A DNA stretch of 63,915 bases, the filler included, from Bigelowiella natans CCMP2755 (Eukaryota; Protista; Cercozoa), in NCBI GenBank assembly GCA_000320545.1. It is 7 parts of 7 records of this genome, joined end to end, with 100 filler letters (N's around TTAATTAATTAA, not from the genome) between each part and the next. Parts side by side here need not be neighbours in the genome. Positions count along the whole stretch, not along the records: positions 51,411 to 58,337 come from ADNK01000321.1; positions 58,438 to 60,674 come from ADNK01001661.1; positions 60,775 to 62,561 come from ADNK01003693.1; positions 62,662 to 63,915 come from ADNK01003724.1; 3 more parts are not named here. One strand, 5' to 3'. Positions within the stretch are counted from its first letter, which is position 1, and each line of letters begins with the position of its first letter. A program made the translations under genes and the position numbers. The notes beneath the pieces were generated by a model. It made no database searches and had not been told where the DNA came from. It saw only the letters and a list, made by a program, of their open reading frames with translations. Shown one piece after another: positions 57,011 to 63,915 of this stretch.

Positions 57011-57766
57011 ATGCACATGCTGCGTGGAGGGGGGTGTTTCAGAGGACATGCTATGGCTACGGTTGTGCTCGTCATCGTTAGTTTGACCGCGCTAGCTATG
57101 CTTCCCCCAACCCTTTCCAGCGTCGGGGTTCGGCTGCACAGGACTCAGGCGAACCCTGGGTCTCTACACCAGCACCGCTTGAAACTAGGGAGACCGACCG
57201 GCGCGCTCGCTATGTATGGTTGCTTTTCATCACGAATGATCGAGCACCGAGTATTAAAGAAAGCAGGCCTGGGCGCCACTCCAGCTATCCGTCACAACGG
57301 CCTCGACGCGGCTGCCGCTTCGGTCTCAGCCGCTGCTGGTGCGAATATGGAGAACCATCGGTTCTTCAAAGCAATCAAGGGAGAAGAGGTGGATCAGATT
57401 CCAATTTGGCTATTCCGACAGGCTGGTCCCTACCTTCCAGAGTACAATAAGGTATTGAGCATTTCCTATTTATCTCTTTGCTTTCGATTTCGCCTCTGAA
57501 GACATAACGCCCCCCCCCCCCCCCCCCCCCCCCCCCTCCCTTTGATTCTCCCAAACAGTACAAACGCGAAAACAACGTGAGCTTTCTGGATATCATTCGT
57601 AGCCCAGAACACTCCTCACAGGTCCTTCGCATTTCGCTCTTATTTCAATGATGCCGTCGTCAACGCCCTCCCCTTTGGTTTTTCAGGTCGCCATGCAACC
57701 GCTGGAGCGCTATGGCCTTGACGCTGCCATCTTATTCTCTGACATTCTCACGGTGACACACACACA

Positions 57767-57797
<31 letters not shown>

Positions 57798-58337
57798 GCA
57801 CGCACGGAAAAATAATACATAAATATATAAACACGATACACTACTTCAAATACGGTGACGAGAGAAACATCGATTAAAACAGATTGCGGAAGGAATGGGG
57901 ATGGAGCTGCAATTTCCGCCTGGCAAGGTTGGATAAGAGGATCAGTATAAATGACCATATATCTTAGAGTGCGGAAGGGGGGGAGGGGGTCAGGTCGAAA
58001 CAGCCATGTATGTTACAAATGCTGACACAGGATACTTAATTAATTTCCCTCATCGGTGCGATTTTCGTATTCGTCAATCCCAGGGCATGACCGTGTCAAA
58101 CGTGCTTCAAGGCCCCTCTGACATCGACAGCACTCTCATCATGGAACCCAGTAATTGAAAGAGAGAAGAAGGGAGGTGGAGATGTTTTCGGTGGGGGGGG
58201 GGGGGGGGGGTACAGTTAGAAAGTCGACATCGTCTCCCCTCTCCATTGCGTGTCCAAATGGTAAAAATGACGGTGTGTGTGCAGAAAATCAACTGGGTTA
58301 CCACGTCTATTAACAATTGGGACTAATGTTAAAGAAA
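57011..58337 (+). CDS. hemE: Uroporphyrinogen decarboxylase with bipartite plastid-targeting leader, 3' part lost at gap
   Basis: Hydrophobic VVLVIVSLTALAML followed by a basic transit-like stretch, then FFKAIKGEEVDQIPIWLFRQAGPYLPEY|...QPLERYGLDAAILFSDILT|IAEGMGMELQF. Confidence 0.93.
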
Positions 58338-58437
58338 NNNNNNNNNNNNNNNNNNNNNNNNNNNNNNNNNNNNNNNNNNNNTTAATTAATTAANNNNNNN
58401 NNNNNNNNNNNNNNNNNNNNNNNNNNNNNNNNNNNNN
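58338..58437. other. Artificial contig spacer
   Basis: N44-TTAATTAATTAA-N44. Confidence 0.97.
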
Positions 58438-59397
58438 AAGTGGAAGTCAACTTTGTAACTGTAAATATTTCGATGCCGCGTATCACAGCTGTAAACCGAA
58501 TACTCTCGCACCAGGTGCCTGAAGAGGATACAGGAACGTTTTGGAGACATGAGATATGGCCGTGTAGTGAAAAATATATAACACATGCGTTGATGGAAAA
58601 CTGATCAGGGTGGGCAATGGAAAAGAATGATATGGAGAAAGCATTGAATGCTCAGGGAATAGACATCGACAATGTGATGATAGGTGGCTATCAAATTTAG
58701 GATGAGACCGTGTTCATTTTCACCATTATTACCTTACATCAGAGGAATGTGAGCCAAAGAAAAGCAAAAAGATACCTAATAGCAAACCCAAGATCCAAAA
58801 AGTAAACCCGGCAAGTAGGACGCCGGGGAAGAGGCCAAACTCGTATAGGTGCCCCCCCCAACCCCGCCCCCCCAAGGGGGGGTTTTCCCCCCCTCCCCCC
58901 TCCCCCCCACGCCGAAAAAAAAACCCCCCCCGAATAATTCCCCCCCCCCCCCCCCCCCATCCCACCCCTTGCTGTCATCCCCTCGCTCACCGATTGCCGT
59001 GGGTGTTGGTAATCGTGTGCTTCTTGTCCGGCAGTATCTTGGTGGTGTTCGGGGCTATGGCCTACCGCGCCCACCTGAAGAACAAGCACAACGCGCAGGT
59101 GAGGTTCTTTTCCGCCGGGAACGAGTAGGAGGGGGGGGGGGGGACGAACAAATACTACGCGGACTATTTTGTCACTGCCATGCAGAATCGTAAGAATGCG
59201 GAAAAACCACTACATCGCTGCGCTATTTCGAGGACAACACATATCAGAATTCAACCTAACACAAGCGGCACGCAGCTAAATACATCGTGCGCAAGCAGTA
59301 CACACTGACGATCTGTTTTCAACGCGTACAGAATAAATCGCGCAAGCCGCCCATTGTGGACGTCCAGAAACTAATGACTGCGGAGAGCAAGGCCTAA
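58438..59397 (+). CDS. 3' part of a hypothetical single-pass membrane protein
   Basis: WAMEKNDMEKALNAQGIDIDNVM; TM-like LPWVLVIVCFLSGSILVVFGAMAY followed by basic RAHLKNK; last exon NKSRKPPIVDVQKLMTAESKA*. Confidence 0.45.
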
Positions 59398-59399
59398 TC

Positions 59400-60400
59400 G
59401 CCTGCAATCAAATGAACCCGGCACTCGAAGCCAGAGGACTGTGAGACGGCAACGAGGGCCATGTGAGCCGATGATGTGTCACGGCAATTAGAGGCATGAG
59501 ACGAATGTGATGAAAAAAATTGCATTTTGCCAACAATGCTCAACCTCAAGGAGCTAGTTCAGCTATGCAGAGCAGCGGCTACCTTGTGTTGCATGCATTT
59601 GGTCGTTTCTGCAATTACATGTTCCATGGCTAGCAAAATCAACGGCTCGTATACTATAGTATCTAGAGTATGCGTAGCTCAAATAGTGTAGCGAAGCAAT
59701 TTTTCTCACAAAAACCTCGTTTCCAGCGTGGCTCCTGTGGACTGGACGCGTGGCCAAGCAACACTAGCTAGCTAGCTAGCTAGAATGCTGCCTTTCGCAT
59801 GATGGTCATTAGCGCTAAAAACGCGCTAGGTGAAGACATGGAAAGGACTTCAATTCTGCACACAGAACGCCAACCTTGATCATCGTCATGTCCATGGTGC
59901 TCCATGATCACATTTGTTCTCTTGCTCATTGCACACAACACATCAACGCCGTTTGAGGAAGTAGCTCACTGCCACAGTGATGCGCCAAGATGAAACAAAA
60001 TGATTGACTTGCAATGATCGAAAAGGAAATTCGCACTGCTGCGCGAAATGCGCGACATCCAAGACCGAAGCAACACGCATTTGATTGCATGAAATGCAGC
60101 TAGCACGTGCGTAGCTGAGACCAACAGATTCAACATTGCTAGATTAGCGCTGTAGCCGCTGCATTGCACAGCTACATACATGAGGATGACCATTGAACAA
60201 ATTCAATTCAATTGGTCACATCCGTCTTGCATGTTTAGATGCACCCACAAAGTGCACATTGAGCAAGCTGTCCGTCCCGTAAAGCTGCCTCGCCACACCA
60301 TCGACGATCGAAACGGCTCCAATCTACGCTCACTCCCGCACATAGTACAAGAGATATGCTGATAAACATGTGTAGAAGTTGTGTTAGCAGCTTCCAAATC
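59400..60400. other. Palindrome-word-rich island downstream of a gene 3' end
   Basis: (CTAG)5 at 59764-59783; ttgcatgcat, catggctagc, gcagctagcacgtgc. Confidence 0.7.
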
Positions 60401-60674
60401 ATCCAAACGATCTATTTACCGACTATGGACAACTTTACACATCTACTGACCCCCCACCCCCCCCCTCCCCCTTCCTCCTCCGCCCCTCAACACTCGGAAA
60501 GAACATTAACATTGGCATAGATAGTTGTCTTTGAATGGGATTGTTGTGGCAGTATATCGGAGCTGAGGTTGCTCTGTTGTGGGTTGACCTTCGGCATTTA
60601 GAACGTCAGCTTCGTTTGCAGGTTTGACCTATATGTTTGAGGGCAACCCACACAATGGGGGAATCCAACCACAC

Positions 60675-60774
60675 NNNNNNNNNNNNNNNNNNNNNNNNNN
60701 NNNNNNNNNNNNNNNNNNTTAATTAATTAANNNNNNNNNNNNNNNNNNNNNNNNNNNNNNNNNNNNNNNNNNNN
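60675..60774. other. Artificial contig spacer
   Basis: N44-TTAATTAATTAA-N44. Confidence 0.97.
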
Positions 60775-60777
60775 TAG

Positions 60778-61539
60778 GAAAATGAATGACAAACTCGTTT
60801 CGGAGTCGGGGAAGAGCTGCGAGCGGAACGGTGTTGATCAAGGTGGGAGCAGTAGCGCGATCAACCTTGATGAGGAAGAAGAAGATGGTGCTATTGATGA
60901 TGAGGATGGGATGACGATGACGACGAAGCGTGACGTGTATTCAGGCAATAGGCCTAGGAGCCTATGTCTCTTCTGCGCGCCGCCCCGCGTGTGTTTATGC
61001 GTGTGTTTATGCGTGTCTTGATAAGGCGAGATGAACAAATATGTGTTGCGCAGGGATGCACAATGTGCTCGTGTGGACGGACGAAATCCCAAACTTAAAG
61101 ATCATCACGCAAGAGGTACGTAGGACCGGAGGGGGGGGGAGGCGGGAGTGGGGAACGCAATGATGGGTCAAATCATCATCGGGAAGAGAATAGCAAACCG
61201 ATTTTTCTATTTTTCTTTTTCAAAATAAAGAAGAGAAACGAGCACATTGTTCCCCGACGATTTTCGTCGCGAAGTCGCTTCAAACCCCTCCTCCCCGCCG
61301 CACCCTCGCCTCCCCCCTTCCCTCATTTTCCTTGTGCGTCGTGGCTATTTTCTGAGCGGAAAACATCGAATCCATCGCCATCAAAATCAGAGCGGGCCTA
61401 TCGCCAACATGCAGTCAGAAATCCCCATGGTAGGTCGGTGCTGCCCGGACAGCCTAACAACTCACCCAAACAGCATGTGTACAGTTTTTAATAAAAACGA
61501 AGGCAATCTTCTCGGTATATTATTATATACTCACAAATG

Positions 61540-61578
<39 letters not shown>

Positions 61579-62217
61579 ATGTGTGTGTATATGTAAAGTC
61601 GGGCGTTATGCCTCTCACTCGAAATTTGTTGTTGTTGTTGTTTGTGGTGGTGGTGGCGGCGGTTTCTCTATCACGACGATGGGCGCAGGTTGCGGGCAGC
61701 GGAGCATCGTTGCGAGTGAAGAATGCGAAGGGGGATCTGATGGCCATCGTGCACCAATACGATCGAGACCTGAACGTGCTAAGGGTGAGGTCCACGATAG
61801 GATTCGTCGAGTTGTAGCGGTGTGTCGTTTGCTGTATTGCATGGTCATGGTGATGGGAAACGCTAGGCTGTAGCACTACACGCACACACATACATACACG
61901 CGCGCACACACACTCACAAACACACGCACAAATACACGCACAAATACGCGCACACGCACACATAAGCAGGGATGTGCTTCCTCAGTATAAGCAGGGGCTC
62001 TGAAATTTTGGTTGAAACGAAGCAAAAATCGCTGTCCAGCTGCTGCGACATTGTAGTCTATCTCCTCCTCGTACTTACCGCACTCTTCTTCCAAATTCTC
62101 CCCCCCCCCCCCTCCCCCTCCCCCTTCTCGGGCGCTCTTCACTTTATCACCCAGGCTTTCGAGGAGAAGTACGTATATTGGAAGCCTGACGACGAGAAAC
62201 TCTGCGAAGTAATTGCA

Positions 62218-62254
<37 letters not shown>

Positions 62255-62548
62255 TGTATGGTAATATTGTAACGAAGGAGCTGTTCTTGCATCATCATAG
62301 CGTCGAGTGTTGATGAATTCCTCTCTTCTTCTTGCGATTTGCAGCGATATAAAACCGACGACTCTGGGCAGGATCTCTTTGCTGGGAGGTAACACGCGCG
62401 CCGCGGTTGCGCTGCTACGATATCGACGCGCTCGCCGATCAAAAAACGCGTATCGTGCCTTGGCGCTGCTGCCTGGCCCTCCCCCCCACAATGACAACGA
62501 TTAATACAGGTGCGATCTAGGCCTAACGGGGGGGGCGACCTCCAAAGG
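60778..62548 (+). CDS. Putative GT-A-fold glycosyltransferase (DQGxHN...VHQYDR type), internal fragment
   Basis: Spliced: CERNGVDQG|MHNVLVWTDEIPNLKIITQE|SGPIANMQSEIPM|VAGSGASLRVKNAKGDLMAIVHQYDRDLNVLR|AFEEKYVYW. Confidence 0.7.
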
Positions 62549-62561
62549 GTACGATAACGAA

Positions 62562-62661
62562 NNNNNNNNNNNNNNNNNNNNNNNNNNNNNNNNNNNNNNN
62601 NNNNNTTAATTAATTAANNNNNNNNNNNNNNNNNNNNNNNNNNNNNNNNNNNNNNNNNNNN
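62562..62661. other. Artificial contig spacer
   Basis: N44-TTAATTAATTAA-N44. Confidence 0.97.
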
Positions 62662-62798
62662 TCGGAGAATGAGGGGAGGGGAGGGGGGGGGGGCGGGGGG
62701 GGGGGGGGGGGATGTCTAGTTTGTACTCCTGGAAGTTGGAAGGTATTCTCTCTGAGGTTATGGAGGGGTATTCATTATCATCTCTCTATCTCCATCAG

Positions 62799-63103
62799 TT
62801 GATGTATGGTCCGTGGGCTGTATCATGGCTGAGCTGCACGGTCGCAAGCCTCTCTTTCCTGGTAGTAAGATAGCAGTGGTAGCCACAGCTTCTACTCGTT
62901 TTTTTGGTCGTCAGTCTTCTTGTCGTGCCGACAACTTCTAATGATGATACGCGCACACGCACACACGCACACATGATATCAGGAAAGGACTACATCCAAC
63001 AAATGAACCTTATATTTAACTTGACGGGCTCTCCCACCAAAGAGGACACGGCATTCATCACAAACACGAAGGCGTTGCAATGGTACGAAGCGCCATCCTT
63101 ATG

Positions 63104-63140
<37 letters not shown>

Positions 63141-63481
63141 GTGTGTGTGGGGGGGGATGGGGGGGATGGAGGCGTGGATTGTGGGGGTATTTAGCTTCGC
63201 GACGACTCACAAGCTGTGCATTCTCACAAAACCAAAGTCTGATGATATAAGTGAAAAATTGCGTTTTGAATGCATGTTTTTACCCTCCTCCTCCTCCTCC
63301 TCCCCATCCTCCTCGTCGTCGTCGTGATCGTCAGGATTCAAAGCTTGGAGAACAGAGAGCCCGTCCCCCTCGAGCGGCTGTACCAAGACGCGAACCCGAC
63401 AGGTATTTGTCGGTCGTGATCGTCGCTAGGGAGAGCAATTTCTTCATGGGCATTGTCTCTACAAAAGAATTATATTAAAAG

Positions 63482-63527
<46 letters not shown>

Positions 63528-63688
63528 CACTCACACATGTATACATTAAAATGTAAACTCACACCTCTCTGGTATCAGCGCTGGATTTGCTTGGGAAGAT
63601 GCTGGTATTCAACCCAAATCGCCGCATTTCTGTGGAAGAAGCATTGGACCATCCCTACTTCCGAAACCTGAGGGATAGAGACACGGAG
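62799..63688 (+). CDS. Mitogen-activated protein kinase (ERK/plant MPK-like), C-lobe fragment
   Basis: [20 protein letters not shown]|[18 protein letters not shown]...|[28 protein letters not shown]. Confidence 0.93.
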
Positions 63689-63915
63689 GTTAGCAGCAGA
63701 TTCTCTCTTCAAGAAGGAGGAGGGTGGAGGGGGGGGGGGGGAGACTCTCTGGAAAATAAATGAGCCGTAGTCGTTGTTGTTATGACGTTTGTCTGAAAGC
63801 TGTGGTGTGTGTGTGTGTGTGTGTGTGTGTGCGTTTCTTCTCCGGCACCTGCGTTCTTCCGTCGATCGCGCAGAACAAAATGCGACCTTGCTTTTGACAT
63901 TTGAATTCCAAAAAA

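Overview
Gene-dense, intron-rich eukaryotic nuclear DNA with microsatellite-filled introns. Bipartite (signal peptide plus transit-like) leaders on two proteins suggest an alga with a secondary plastid, probably a chlorarachniophyte; this is inference only. The window is seven contigs joined by artificial 100-bp N44-TTAATTAATTAA-N44 spacers, so adjacency across gaps is not guaranteed. Genes recognised by manual splicing: a divergent NAT10/Kre33, FBH1 (F-box plus UvrD helicase), Pam16, RNA Pol III RPC25, a leader-bearing Jjj1/DNAJC21-like J-protein, a bacterial-type HTTM-like membrane protein, a filamin-like/ankyrin/PH protein, CCDC93, gamma-tubulin, plastid-type UROD, a DQGxHN/VHQYDR glycosyltransferase, a MAP kinase and several hypothetical genes. 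The strongest unexplained signal is non-coding. Most regions downstream of gene 3' ends, mainly convergent junctions, are islands rich in palindromic words (CATG, TGCA, CTAG; CATGCTAGCATG seven times). These islands contain captured genomic gene fragments: a copy of a NAT10 exon-intron junction, an inverted micro-exon copy and an orphan Cdt2-like last exon. Where the donor is visible, every substitution is C>T or G>A, suggesting a localised capture plus cytosine-hypermutation (RIP/methylation-like) system. No rRNA, tRNA, CRISPR or autonomous transposase was recognised. Exon boundaries were read by eye and are approximate.
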